Source of the DNA: Bacteroidales bacterium
GTDB lineage: Bacteria > Bacteroidota > Bacteroidia > Bacteroidales > VadinHA17
Assembly (NCBI GenBank): GCA_038248855.1
Contig: JBBRXA010000009.1
Location: 5,327-69,326, forward strand
Reading direction: 5' to 3'
Length of the DNA stretch: 64,000 nt
Below are positions 38,759-48,322 of this stretch, one piece after another. The position numbers were made by a program, and so were the translations under genes. Positions within the stretch are counted from its first letter, which is position 1. Each line of letters begins with the position of its first letter. Below the pieces are notes generated by a model. That model saw only the letters and a program-made list of their open reading frames with translations, ran no database searches and was not told where the DNA came from.

Positions 38759-41151
38759 AAATCCTTAAGAATTCATTCAGAATCCTCATAATTCTGATGA
38801 CCGTGCTTGTGCTTGCAGGATTTATTCTGACTTCCTGGCTCAGAAAGTCCGGCATCCCCGATTATGACGGGCAGAAGGATCTGGCAGGGCTCAGGGCTGA
38901 GGTGAAGGTCATTCGCGATGAAAGGGGTGTGCCACATATTTATGCAGCGAACTCTCATGACCTCTATTTTATGACCGGGTTTGTCACAGCGCAGGAGAGG
39001 CTCTGGCAGATGTATATGATCAGGCATGCTACACAGGGAAGGCTTTCAGAGTTGTTCAAACGTGACATGGCTGATACCGATCATTTCCTCAGGGCTTTGA
39101 ACATGACGGAAAAGTCGAGGGAAGTTTTGGCAAAGGAGGACCCCCTGATACTGTCATATCTGCAGGCATACACTGACGGAGTAAATGCGTGGGTGACTGA
39201 AAGCGGGAAGAAATTACCCGTAGAGTTCCGCGTTCTGGGATATAAACCTGAACCGTGGACACTTCTTGATATTGTCAATATTATAGGTTTCATAGGTTGG
39301 GATCTGGCCTCTTCAAACCTTACGGATGAAATACGGAATTACAGGCTTGTCAAACAGCTTGGAGCAGAAAAAGCCTCGGAGCTCATTCCCGACTGGAGTC
39401 TGGTTGATGAGGTGGCTTTCCCCGGTTTTGAGCTGAGCGAGGAGGAAACCGGCAAGGTACTTTCATTCGCAGCATCAATGAATAAGCTTGAAGCGATGGG
39501 TATCATTTCTCTTTCAGGCAGCAACAACTGGGCTGTGTCATCAGCCCGCAGCGAGACAGGCAAGCCGATACTCTCGAATGACATGCACCTGGGTCTGAAT
39601 GTTCCCGGGTACTGGATGCAGGTGCACCAGGTAATTCCGGGTGAGCTAAATGTGACCGGCGTCCTCATCCCCGGGGAGCCCTTCATCGTTGCCGGGCATA
39701 ATGAAAAGATTGCCTGGGGTATGACGAATCTTATGGTTGATGACATCGATCTCTTCGTCGAAACAGTGGATTCATCAGGCAACAATTACCTTTTTAACGG
39801 TGAATGGCTGCCGCTGGAGATAAGGGAAGAGGTTATAAAAATAACCGATGACAGCTCCCTGACGCGAGTAATAAAATCGAGTCATCGCGGGCCGGTCATC
39901 TCCGGGATGCGCGATATTGATGATGCAGTGATTACAATGCGCTGGTCAGGATTCGATTACAGTGATGAAGTCAGAGGGGTATACCTTCTCAACAAAGCCG
40001 GAAACTGGGAAGATTTTCGTGAAGCCTTACGCAATTTCAGATCGGTCAGCCAGAACTTTGTCTATGCTGATACCGAAGGAAACATCGGTCTGAATACCGG
40101 TGGCGGGATACCCGTTCGAAAGGGCATGGGCATTTTGCCGCGGAGCGGGGAGACCGATGAATATGACTGGAAAGGTTATGTCCCGTTTGAAATGCTTCCT
40201 GCCTCTTATAATCCTCAGGATGGTTTCGTCTCATCTGCCAACCAGCGTACGGTCTGCTCTGACTACCCTTTTTACATCACAGGCGGGTTTGCAATGCCGT
40301 ACCGCATCATGCGCATAAGGGAGATGGCAGGAGAAAAACCGATTCTTGGCATCGGGGATATTAAAAGGATGGTAACTGACACTCACTCTGCGTACGCTGC
40401 AATGCTCACACCGGTGATACTTAAGGCTGCCGGAAGTATATCTGACCCTGACGAGGATGAACTGCAGGCTGTCAAAGCCCTTGCAGACTGGGATTATTCA
40501 ATGGACGCCTCCCTTATTGCTCCCACGCTCTTTGAGTTTATCCGCTCTGAACTGGCACGCAACATCATGAGTGATGAGCTGACAGCTCTTTACGGTTCTT
40601 CGCTGGGCAGGCAGCATGACTTCTATATTTACCGGATGATAAGCGAGGGTCCTGACCATTGGATTGACAATATCAACACTCCGGAGGTGGAAACCATGGA
40701 CGGCATTATTGCCCTGAGCATACGGGATGCTGTAGATACCCTCTCAGTAAGGTTTGGAAAGTTCGGTGACAGGTGGGAGTGGGGCAGAATTCATACCGTT
40801 ACTCTCGAACATCCGCTGGGCAGCGTAAAGGTTCTGGATAAGCTGTTAAGGCTGAACTCGAAGACCTACGGAATTGGCGGTAGCTACCATACTGTTGAAC
40901 CGTATTCCTTTGATGCAGATTTCAGGACAAATCACGGAGCTTCGGAGAGACATATTTTCAACACTGCCGACTGGGACAAGTCGCTTACCGTAATCCCCAC
41001 AGGCACTTCCGGCATCCCGGGCAGCCCGTTCTACCTGTCGCAGACGGACAAATACATAAATAACGAATTTTACAGTGAACCCTTTACTGCAGGGGCTGTT
41101 GAGGCAGCGAAGAAATATGAAATGATCTTCAAACCGCAGGCAGGGAAATAG
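38755..41151 (+). CDS. Penicillin acylase family protein (Ntn hydrolase; acyl-homoserine-lactone/aculeacin acylase-like)
   Basis: 798 aa with an N-terminal TM/signal. Autoprocessing site LSG-SNNWAV (Ser256) followed by PILSNDMHL. ATGA overlap with the upstream gene. Confidence 0.88.
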   Translation: MKILKNSFRILIILMTVLVLAGFILTSWLRKSGIPDYDGQKDLAGLRAEVKVIRDERGVPHIYAANSHDLYFMTGFVTAQERLWQMYMIRHATQGRLSELFKRDMADTDHFLRALNMTEKSREVLAKEDPLILSYLQAYTDGVNAWVTESGKKLPVEFRVLGYKPEPWTLLDIVNIIGFIGWDLASSNLTDEIRNYRLVKQLGAEKASELIPDWSLVDEVAFPGFELSEEETGKVLSFAASMNKLEAMGIISLSGSNNWAVSSARSETGKPILSNDMHLGLNVPGYWMQVHQVIPGELNVTGVLIPGEPFIVAGHNEKIAWGMTNLMVDDIDLFVETVDSSGNNYLFNGEWLPLEIREEVIKITDDSSLTRVIKSSHRGPVISGMRDIDDAVITMRWSGFDYSDEVRGVYLLNKAGNWEDFREALRNFRSVSQNFVYADTEGNIGLNTGGGIPVRKGMGILPRSGETDEYDWKGYVPFEMLPASYNPQDGFVSSANQRTVCSDYPFYITGGFAMPYRIMRIREMAGEKPILGIGDIKRMVTDTHSAYAAMLTPVILKAAGSISDPDEDELQAVKALADWDYSMDASLIAPTLFEFIRSELARNIMSDELTALYGSSLGRQHDFYIYRMISEGPDHWIDNINTPEVETMDGIIALSIRDAVDTLSVRFGKFGDRWEWGRIHTVTLEHPLGSVKVLDKLLRLNSKTYGIGGSYHTVEPYSFDADFRTNHGASERHIFNTADWDKSLTVIPTGTSGIPGSPFYLSQTDKYINNEFYSEPFTAGAVEAAKKYEMIFKPQAGK

Positions 41152-41191
41152 TCAGATGTAAAAACTGGATATAAAAAAGGGGCAGCTTTTT

Positions 41192-41755
41192 CTATACGGT
41201 CATTATCTCTTTTTCCTTGATATCCACAATTTTATCTACACGGTTTATGTGTTTTTCCGTGAGATCCTGGATTATCTTTTCTCCGTTTTTCTCTTCATCT
41301 TCCGGCAGCCCGTCGTTTTTCAGCGTCTTGAGTTCGTCATTGAACCACTTGCGGCTGGTCCTTATGCTGATCTTGGCCGTTTCGCCCTCCTGCCTGACCT
41401 GCTTTACAAGCTGGTGTCTGCGTTCTTCAGTCAGAGGGGGTATGTTGATACGAATTACTTCACCGTTGTTTACAGGAGTCATCCCGATGTTGGCGGCCAG
41501 TATTGCTTTTTCAATTGCCCCCAGCATGGTTTTTTCCCAGGGCTGTATCAGGATGCTTTTTGCATCGGGGGTATTTATGTTGGAAATCTGCGAGAGCAGG
41601 GTGTTGGCGCCGTAATAATCGAGGTGGATACCGTCGAGAAGTAACGGGTTGGCACGCCCGGCACGCATGTGTGACAACTCATATTCAAGATGTTTGATCG
41701 ACTTATCCATCCTGTCTTTCGCTTCTTCTGTCAATATTTCCAGTTCGTCAGTCAT
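41192..41755 (-). CDS. frr: Ribosome recycling factor
   Basis: 187 aa. Typical of RRF: RMDKSIKHLEYELSHMRAGRANPLLLDGI...IPPLTEERR. Confidence 0.96.
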   Translation of the reverse strand: MTDELEILTEEAKDRMDKSIKHLEYELSHMRAGRANPLLLDGIHLDYYGANTLLSQISNINTPDAKSILIQPWEKTMLGAIEKAILAANIGMTPVNNGEVIRINIPPLTEERRHQLVKQVRQEGETAKISIRTSRKWFNDELKTLKNDGLPEDEEKNGEKIIQDLTEKHINRVDKIVDIKEKEIMTV

Positions 41756-41800
41756 ATACCAGGTTTTTTACTGTCACAGACAAATGTAGAAAAAAAAATT

Positions 41801-42508
41801 TCAGAGACTAACAAGGGTCCCGCACTTCGTTCCGGCAACGATCTTTTCAAGGTTGCCCTCATGGTTCATGTCAAATACGATTATGGGCATTTTGTTTTCA
41901 CTGCACATTGCAAATGCCGTCAGGTCCATCACTCTCAGTTTTTTGTCAAGGGCTTCGGCGAAGGTGAGGGTCTCGTATTTTACTGCCCCGGGATCTTTCT
42001 CAGGATCAGCGGTATAGACACCGTCAACGCGTGTTCCTTTGAGGAGGACATTACAATTGAGCTCTACTGCCCTAAGGGCAGAGGCAGTATCAGTTGTAAA
42101 GAAAGGGTTTCCGGTACCACCGCCCAGTATGCAGACAGTTCCTGTTTTCATCGCTTCAGATACCCTGTCGCGGTGATACAGTTCCCCCACAGGCTCCATC
42201 CGTATCGAGGTAAAGACCCTGGCTTTGCATCCGGCCCTGACGAGGAAGCTTTCAAGCGCCAGACTGTTGATGACTGTGGCCAGCATTCCCATCTGGTCTC
42301 CCTTCAGACGGTCATACCCTTCTCCGGTGCCTTCAAGGCCGCGAAAGATGTTCCCGCCGCCTATTACGATGGCTACCTGGCAGCCTGAGTCTGTTATTTT
42401 CCTTACCTGGTTTGCATAAGCGGTAAGGGTTCCGACATTCAGACCGCATCCGCCTTCTCCGCCTACGGCTTCTCCGCTGAGCTTAAGCAATATTCTCTGA
42501 TATTTCAT
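41801..42508 (-). CDS. pyrH: UMP kinase
   Basis: Start set at MKYQRILLKLSGEA (42508). The listed 289-aa ORF has a 54-aa N-terminal extension that overlaps the upstream gene and terminator. Confidence 0.95.
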   Translation of the reverse strand: MKYQRILLKLSGEAVGGEGGCGLNVGTLTAYANQVRKITDSGCQVAIVIGGGNIFRGLEGTGEGYDRLKGDQMGMLATVINSLALESFLVRAGCKARVFTSIRMEPVGELYHRDRVSEAMKTGTVCILGGGTGNPFFTTDTASALRAVELNCNVLLKGTRVDGVYTADPEKDPGAVKYETLTFAEALDKKLRVMDLTAFAMCSENKMPIIVFDMNHEGNLEKIVAGTKCGTLVSL

Positions 42509-42548
42509 TATAACAAAAATAGCGAAAATTGTACCTTTATAACCTGTC

Positions 42549-42583
42549 AAAAAAATATAGCGACGCTCATAATGGGCGTCGCT
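42549..42583 (-). terminator. Intrinsic terminator after the DUF2892 gene
   Basis: 8-bp GC-rich stem agcgacgc/gcgtcgct followed on the minus strand by atattttttt. Confidence 0.75.
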
Positions 42584-42602
42584 ACATCTCACTCGTTGTT
42601 TT

Positions 42603-42809
42603 TTACTCTTTCTTCTCCTCTTCCAGAGTGTCCGTCCTGAGAATGTAGTATAGCGGGCATGTTCTGGCAAACGCCGTAATTACAAGAACTATCGCAACAA
42701 TAATCAATATAATCCCCAACCCCTTGTTTACGATGAAATAAAGAATTACAGCCAGTGCCGCAAGAACAAGCCGTACAATCATGTCTGTTTTACCCATGTT
42801 CTTTTTCAT
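42603..42809 (-). CDS. DUF2892 (YgaP-like) small membrane protein
   Basis: 68 aa with two TM helices and the characteristic ...FARTCPLYYIL... motif. Confidence 0.75.
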   Translation of the reverse strand: MKKNMGKTDMIVRLVLAALAVILYFIVNKGLGIILIIVAIVLVITAFARTCPLYYILRTDTLEEEKKE

Positions 42810-42859
42810 AGTGCTTAAGATTTGAGCAACAAGTTACAAATATTTTAATAACTCAGATT

Positions 42860-42890
42860 AAAAAAAAGAGACACCTTAAAGATGTCTCTT
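42860..42890 (-). terminator. Intrinsic terminator after tsf
   Basis: 8-bp stem aagagaca/tgtctctt followed on the minus strand by a T8 run. Confidence 0.8.
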
Positions 42891-42916
42891 CGTAAAATGT
42901 TATCGACTGTGCTTAT

Positions 42917-43747
42917 CTATACGTTCAGCGAATAACGTACAAATGAAACAGCCTTGAGGCTCTTGTCGGCACTTTCAAGGTACTGCCTGATTGTCAATTT
43001 GTTGTCTTTGACAAACTCCTGGTTCATCAGGGTGCTTTCCTTGAAGAATTTATTCAGTTTACCCTGGGCTATCTTTTCAAGCATCTCCTCGGGTTTACCT
43101 TCCTTGCGGGCCTGTTCGCGGGCTATTTCAAGTTCCTGGGCCAGAATTTTCGGAGAGACATCATCTTTATCCACAGAAACAGGGTTCATGGCTGCAACCT
43201 GCATTGCCACATCCTTGTAAATCTGTACATTGACACCGGGTATTGTGAATCCCACCATTGTGGCGAGTTTGTTTCCGGCATGGATATAAGCCTGTACCTT
43301 CGGTGCCTCGATCCGGTCAAAATAGGTAAGTTCAAACTTCTCACCCGTGATACCGCTCTTTTCCATCACGAGGTCAGCAACCTTCATGCCTCCGAGTACT
43401 GAATTATTCAATGCCTCAAGGTCAGCGGGGTTTGTGCTGAGTGCGTGATCGAGTATGCTGTTGCCGAGAGCAACGAAGTCAGTGTTTTTGGCAACGAAGT
43501 CAGTCTCGCAGTTGAGTGCGATCATCATTCCTATCTTTCCGTCTGCAGTTGTCTTTGCGAGTACAACGCCTTCGCTTGCCTCACGGTCAGCGCGTTTGTT
43601 GGCTATTGCCTGGCCTCTTTTACGTATTATTTCCTGTGCTTTTTCGAAGTCTCCGGCGGATTCTTCGAGGGCTTTCTTGCAGTCCATCATGCCGGCGCCG
43701 GTCATTCTTCTCAGTTTTGCGACATCGGCTGCATTAATGTTCGACAT
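42917..43747 (-). CDS. tsf: Translation elongation factor Ts
   Basis: 276 aa. UBA-like N-terminus AADVAKLRRMTGAGMMDCKKAL and the dimerisation/core region. Confidence 0.96.
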   Translation of the reverse strand: MSNINAADVAKLRRMTGAGMMDCKKALEESAGDFEKAQEIIRKRGQAIANKRADREASEGVVLAKTTADGKIGMMIALNCETDFVAKNTDFVALGNSILDHALSTNPADLEALNNSVLGGMKVADLVMEKSGITGEKFELTYFDRIEAPKVQAYIHAGNKLATMVGFTIPGVNVQIYKDVAMQVAAMNPVSVDKDDVSPKILAQELEIAREQARKEGKPEEMLEKIAQGKLNKFFKESTLMNQEFVKDNKLTIRQYLESADKSLKAVSFVRYSLNV

Positions 43748-43777
43748 AAATATCCTTGAATTAAATTACTGATAAGT

Positions 43778-44656
43778 TTATACTTCCTCTTCCGTTGCCT
43801 TTTCTTCAGCAGCGCTTGTCTCCTCTTCAACTTCCACCTCAGCCTCGGCTTTTGCTACCGGTTCTGCGGTTTCATAATCGGCAGCGCGGAATCTTGCTCG
43901 GCGTCCGCCTTCGTGGTGCGGAGCTTCTTCCCTTTCAGCTACAGGGGCTGTGTCTTTATCCTTTTCGGCCTTGCGCTCATTGAGCCCTTCATTGATGGCT
44001 TCGCACATGACATTGATAATGAGGGATATCGACTTTGCGGCGTCATCATTTGCAGGTATCACGAAATCAATGTCTGACGGATCAGAGTTGGTGTCTACCA
44101 TTGCAAATACCGGGATGCCGAGTCTTTTTGCCTCGTGAACGGCGATGCGTTCCTTGACAACGTCAATTACAAAAAGGGCTGAGGGCTGGCGTGTCATATC
44201 GGCTATCGAGCCGAGGTTCTTCTCAAGCTTGGCCCTCTGACGGGTTATCTGCAGCTTTTCTCTTTTCGAGAGGTTGTCAAATGTGCCGTCGGTAGCCATT
44301 TTATCAATGGATGTCATTTTCTTGACAGCCTTGCGGATAGTGGGGAAGTTGGTGAGCATCCCACCCGGCCAGCGTTCTGTCACATAAGGCATGTTTACCG
44401 ATCCTACTTTTTCGGATACAATATCTTTTGCCTGTTTTTTGGTTGCGACAAACAGGACTTTACGGCCTGATTTTGCAATCTGTTTGATTGCACTGGCAGC
44501 CTCATCGATTTTTATCGAAGTCTTTTCGAGGTCGATGATGTGGATGCCGTTGCGCTCCATAAAGATGTAAGGAGCCATGGCCGGGTTCCATTTTCTCTTC
44601 AGGTGCCCGAAGTGCACACCGGCGTCTAACAGTTCATTAAAAGTGGTTTTGGGCAT
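43778..44656 (-). CDS. rpsB: 30S ribosomal protein S2 with acidic C-terminal extension
   Basis: N-terminus LLDAGVHFGHLKRKWNP plus the S2 core. About 60-aa Glu/Ala-rich tail. Confidence 0.96.
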   Translation of the reverse strand: MPKTTFNELLDAGVHFGHLKRKWNPAMAPYIFMERNGIHIIDLEKTSIKIDEAASAIKQIAKSGRKVLFVATKKQAKDIVSEKVGSVNMPYVTERWPGGMLTNFPTIRKAVKKMTSIDKMATDGTFDNLSKREKLQITRQRAKLEKNLGSIADMTRQPSALFVIDVVKERIAVHEAKRLGIPVFAMVDTNSDPSDIDFVIPANDDAAKSISLIINVMCEAINEGLNERKAEKDKDTAPVAEREEAPHHEGGRRARFRAADYETAEPVAKAEAEVEVEEETSAAEEKATEEEV

Positions 44657-44773
44657 TTTTGATAAATTTTTAAAAGTTTACGTTCTGTGAAGTCAATTGC
44701 AGAGTAGTTCCTTGCGGGAAGTCAATGCAATTTAGATACTAAACCTGCATCTATGATAATTGCTAATGATCTT

Positions 44774-45160
44774 CTAACGTTTACTGAACTGGAATCTCTT
44801 GCGGGCCTTTGGCTGTCCGGGTTTCTTCCTTTCCACTTCGCGGGGATCGCGGGTGGTGAAACCTTCAGCTTTCAGCTTGGGCTTGTATTCAGGATCAATT
44901 TTGATCAGAGCCCTGGAAATTCCGAGACGTATCGCCTCTGCCTGACCTTTAAATCCACCGCCGTCAAGGGTGACAGTGATGTCATATTTGTCGGCAACAT
45001 TGAGAAGGTTAAGGGGCTGGAGGACAACATACTGAAGCAACTCTGACGGAAAATACTCCTTGTATTCCCTGTCGTTGATCATGATCTGTCCCTTGCCGTC
45101 ATTCAGGTAAACTCTGGCAACCGCTGCTTTCCTTCTTCCGATAGCGTTAATAACTTCCAT
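44774..45160 (-). CDS. rpsI: 30S ribosomal protein S9
   Basis: 128 aa, ending ...RDPREVERKKPGQPKARKRFQFSKR. Confidence 0.96.
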   Translation of the reverse strand: MEVINAIGRRKAAVARVYLNDGKGQIMINDREYKEYFPSELLQYVVLQPLNLLNVADKYDITVTLDGGGFKGQAEAIRLGISRALIKIDPEYKPKLKAEGFTTRDPREVERKKPGQPKARKRFQFSKR

Positions 45161-45165
45161 GTTTG

Positions 45166-45621
45166 TTACTTAATGGTTTTTAAATCAATTAGTTTAGGTT
45201 GCTGGGCTTCGTGTTTGTGTGCCGAACCCACGTACACATAAAGGTTTCCGAAGATAGCGTTGCCAAGACGGCTTTTGGGAAGCATTCCTTTCACGGCGTA
45301 TTCGACCAACCTGATCGGGTGCTTGCTCATTAAGTCCTTCGCTTTGACGATCCTCTGGCCGCCGGGATAACCCGTATGCCTGATGTACTCTTTGTCGGCC
45401 ATCTTGTTTCCCGTCAGCGTGACTTTTTCGGCATTGATAACAACCACGTTATCGCCGCAGTCAACATGAGGTGTGAAGCTCGTTTTGTGCTTCCCCCTCA
45501 GCATCAGGGCTACCACAGATGCCAGGCGACCAAGAGTCTGACCTTCCGCATCTACCAGTACCCACTCTTTCTCAACAGTCGCCTTATTGGCTGAAACTGT
45601 TTTGTAGCTTAAGGTGTTCAC
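45166..45621 (-). CDS. rplM: 50S ribosomal protein L13
   Basis: 151 aa. W.LVDAEGQTLGRLAS and HTGYPGG motifs. Confidence 0.96.
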   Translation of the reverse strand: MNTLSYKTVSANKATVEKEWVLVDAEGQTLGRLASVVALMLRGKHKTSFTPHVDCGDNVVVINAEKVTLTGNKMADKEYIRHTGYPGGQRIVKAKDLMSKHPIRLVEYAVKGMLPKSRLGNAIFGNLYVYVGSAHKHEAQQPKLIDLKTIK

Positions 45622-45747
45622 TTTAGTACTAAGTTTTTAATAATTACTATGATAATTAAAAAGAAAACCCGTTTTTTCGGGTCTGCAAAAATACAACATA
45701 TTTTTATTTCGAGCAATATGTTGTACTTTTAATTTCTTATTGACGCC

Positions 45748-47322
45748 ATGTTCCGCAGATCTGTTCATCAGACAATCCATTTCACATGTCTCGCCGTGGC
45801 TGCGTTTTCAATGCCGGTTTCAATATGGCTGCTTTCAGCCATATCCATCGCCGGTGCGGCAAACTGGCTTCTGGGCGGCGAACTGCGCGCAAAGATGCGA
45901 ATTTTTTCCCGAAGGAGTGACATGCTGATACTCCTTTCACTGTTCGGAATGTATCTGTTGTGGCTGGCGAACACATCAGACTTCCAGGGAGCACTTCACG
46001 AGCTCAAGATTAAGTTACCGCTGCTATTTTTTCCTGTTGTAATAGGGTCATCGTTCAGGGTGACTTCCGAACACCTGCGTCTGATGCTGTTCTCATTCAT
46101 TGCCGGGTGTATGGTGGCTGTGGGGGCCGGTTACCTGGCGCTGGCAGGATTGTGGCCTGTGGAGGTTGACGACTCCCGTGACCTGGCGCTGTTCGTCCAG
46201 GCAATCAGGCTGTCCATTATGCTTAACATGGGTGTTTTCGCAGCCCTCCGGATGAGCCTTGACAGCCGCCGCGGGAGCCTGACGCTCAGGGTGATTCTGG
46301 CCGCCGCCGCCGCGGTCATGGCTCTCTTTCTCTTTCACCTGCTGTCAGTGACGGGGGTGGTGATATTCATTATTCTGCTTGGCGGCACAGGCATTTACCT
46401 GGCACTGCAGAAAAGGCACCGCATCCCGGGCCTGGCTTTCCTCGTCGCGGCGGCGGCGGCCATAGCTGCGACCGTGATACTGATGGCTACCACATGGCAT
46501 GACCTCCGCAATCCTTCCGACCCCGGTGCTAACATACTGCGGCAAGCGACCCTTTCAGGAAACGGTTATACCCATTATCCCGAGGAAACCCTCCTTGAGA
46601 ACGGCCATCTTGTCTGGATAAATGTCTGCGAAGAGGAGATGAGAACGGAATGGAACCGGCGTTCATCTGTGAATTATGACAGCCTGGACAGGGCCGGCAA
46701 TGAGCTGAGAGTAACGCTGATACGGTATATTTCATACCAGGGTATGCAGAAAGACTCGGCAGCAGTATCAGCACTGTCAGGAAATGATATTGAAAATATT
46801 GAAAAGGGCTTTGCCAATCCCCTTTACGCGCACCCCGGAACGCCCCGGGCAAAAGCCTATGAACTGGCCTGGCAGGCTGACAGGGCTCTGAAGGGAGCCA
46901 ATCCGTCAGGCCATTCCGTCGCACAGCGACTTGAGTTTTACCGTGCTGCCACAGGAATTATTAAGAAGAATCCGTGGACCGGCACCGGTACCGGCGATGT
47001 GAGAAATGCATATATAAGTGAGTACAGTATTAACAATACTCCTCTCACCGAGGGATACAGAATGCGTTCTCACAACCAGTATCTTTCATTTGCCGTTACC
47101 TTCGGCATTCCCGGGATGATAATAGCCCTCGCCCTGATGCTCATCCCCTGGCTGATCAGTCCGAACCGGAACCGCTACCTCTTCACGGTCTTTATTTCGA
47201 TCATTTTCCTGGCTATGTTCAATGATGATACTTTCAGTTCATTTACGGGAGCCACATTCTTTTCGTATTTTTACACCCTGTTTCTGACAGTCGAAGATGA
47301 AAACAAGAATGACTCCCGATGA
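45748..47322 (+). CDS. O-antigen ligase family (Wzy_C-domain) membrane protein
   Basis: 524 aa, about 10-12 TM helices, and a large loop (aa ~250-440) followed by RSHNQYLSFAVTFGIPG, typical of Wzy_C proteins. The start is uncertain. Confidence 0.6.
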   Translation: MFRRSVHQTIHFTCLAVAAFSMPVSIWLLSAISIAGAANWLLGGELRAKMRIFSRRSDMLILLSLFGMYLLWLANTSDFQGALHELKIKLPLLFFPVVIGSSFRVTSEHLRLMLFSFIAGCMVAVGAGYLALAGLWPVEVDDSRDLALFVQAIRLSIMLNMGVFAALRMSLDSRRGSLTLRVILAAAAAVMALFLFHLLSVTGVVIFIILLGGTGIYLALQKRHRIPGLAFLVAAAAAIAATVILMATTWHDLRNPSDPGANILRQATLSGNGYTHYPEETLLENGHLVWINVCEEEMRTEWNRRSSVNYDSLDRAGNELRVTLIRYISYQGMQKDSAAVSALSGNDIENIEKGFANPLYAHPGTPRAKAYELAWQADRALKGANPSGHSVAQRLEFYRAATGIIKKNPWTGTGTGDVRNAYISEYSINNTPLTEGYRMRSHNQYLSFAVTFGIPGMIIALALMLIPWLISPNRNRYLFTVFISIIFLAMFNDDTFSSFTGATFFSYFYTLFLTVEDENKNDSR

Positions 47323-47782
47323 TAATAAGTTCCTTTCTATGGCCCTGGAGGCGGCTTCTGCTAATATTTTAGAAGGAGGGGGACCGTTCGGTGCGGTGGT
47401 TGTTCGCGAAGGCAGGGCCATATCGGTTTCCGGCAACAGGGTTGTCCCTGACAGTGACCCCACGGCACACGCCGAGGTTACAGTCATCAGGCAGGCGGCG
47501 GCGGCCCTGAAGACGTTCGATCTCAGCGACTGTGTCATTTATTCTTCCTGTGAGCCCTGCCCCATGTGCCTCGGCGCAATATACTGGGCGGGCATCAGGC
47601 GGGTTATCTATGCGGCCGACCGCCACATGGCCGCCGCCGCCGGCTTCAATGATGAGATGATTTACCGCGAAATAGCCCTGGCACCGTCGGAAAGAAGTAT
47701 AGTGATGGAGAGAGCGATGGTCGCGGAAGGAGAAAAAGTATTCGCAAAGTGGGATTCATATTCCGGGAAAATTCAATATTGA
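47309..47782 (+). CDS. guaD: Guanine deaminase (CDA-fold nucleoside deaminase, B. subtilis GuaD-like)
   Basis: GGPFGAVVV, DPTAHAEV and SCEPCPMCLGAIYWA, collinear with B. subtilis GuaD as I recall it. The ATG at 47309 is preferred over 47297. Confidence 0.8.
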   Translation: MTPDDNKFLSMALEAASANILEGGGPFGAVVVREGRAISVSGNRVVPDSDPTAHAEVTVIRQAAAALKTFDLSDCVIYSSCEPCPMCLGAIYWAGIRRVIYAADRHMAAAAGFNDEMIYREIALAPSERSIVMERAMVAEGEKVFAKWDSYSGKIQY

Positions 47783-47788
47783 CCGGCG

Positions 47789-48316
47789 GTGAATATGGCA
47801 AGAGTGGCGAGGGAGTTCTTTCTCAGTGATGCAGTCACCGTGGCGCAGAGACTTCCGGGGATGGATATAGTAATTGCAAAACCTGGTCTGGCACCAGCGC
47901 GGTATATGATAACCGAAACCGAAGCCTACCTGGGAGCGGATGACAAAGCCTGTCATGCCAGTAAGGGCCGCACCGGCCGCACGGAAATCATGTTCGCAGA
48001 GGGCGGACACCTTTATATTTACCTGGTATACGGCATGTACTGGATGATTAATATTGTTACAGGTGCAAAGGATGATCCGCAGGCAGTTCTGATACGCGGT
48101 GCAGCCCATTATTCCGGACCCGGCCGCGTGACCAGGGGTATAGGAACAGACGGGTCGTTCAAAGGAGAAGATTTAACTGTGTCACAGAGAATATGGCTGG
48201 AGGATACAGGTTGCAAACCCCTGCTGAAAGCCGGTCCGCGAGTGGGAATCGATTATGCCGGGGAACCGTGGATCAGCAAACCCTGGCGCTTCATGATAAA
48301 TGAACAAACTAAATAA
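47789..48316 (+). CDS. DNA-3-methyladenine glycosylase (Mpg/AAG family)
   Basis: 175 aa. ITETEAYLG..D.ACHA...RT....MF..GGHLYIYLVYGMYWMINIV motif string. Confidence 0.88.
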   Translation: MNMARVAREFFLSDAVTVAQRLPGMDIVIAKPGLAPARYMITETEAYLGADDKACHASKGRTGRTEIMFAEGGHLYIYLVYGMYWMINIVTGAKDDPQAVLIRGAAHYSGPGRVTRGIGTDGSFKGEDLTVSQRIWLEDTGCKPLLKAGPRVGIDYAGEPWISKPWRFMINEQTK

Positions 48317-48322
48317 CTGAAT

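Noticed and set aside
41152-41191. Possible shared terminator between the convergent acylase gene and frr (aaaag-gggcag-ctttt)
   Set aside because: The stem is only 5 bp and AT-rich, which is too weak to call from sequence alone.
42509-42670. 54-aa N-terminal extension of the pyrH ORF (listed as 289 aa)
   Set aside because: The extension overlaps the DUF2892 gene and its hairpin/T-run terminator. The canonical UMP kinase N-terminus (MKYQRILLKLSGEA) begins at 42508.
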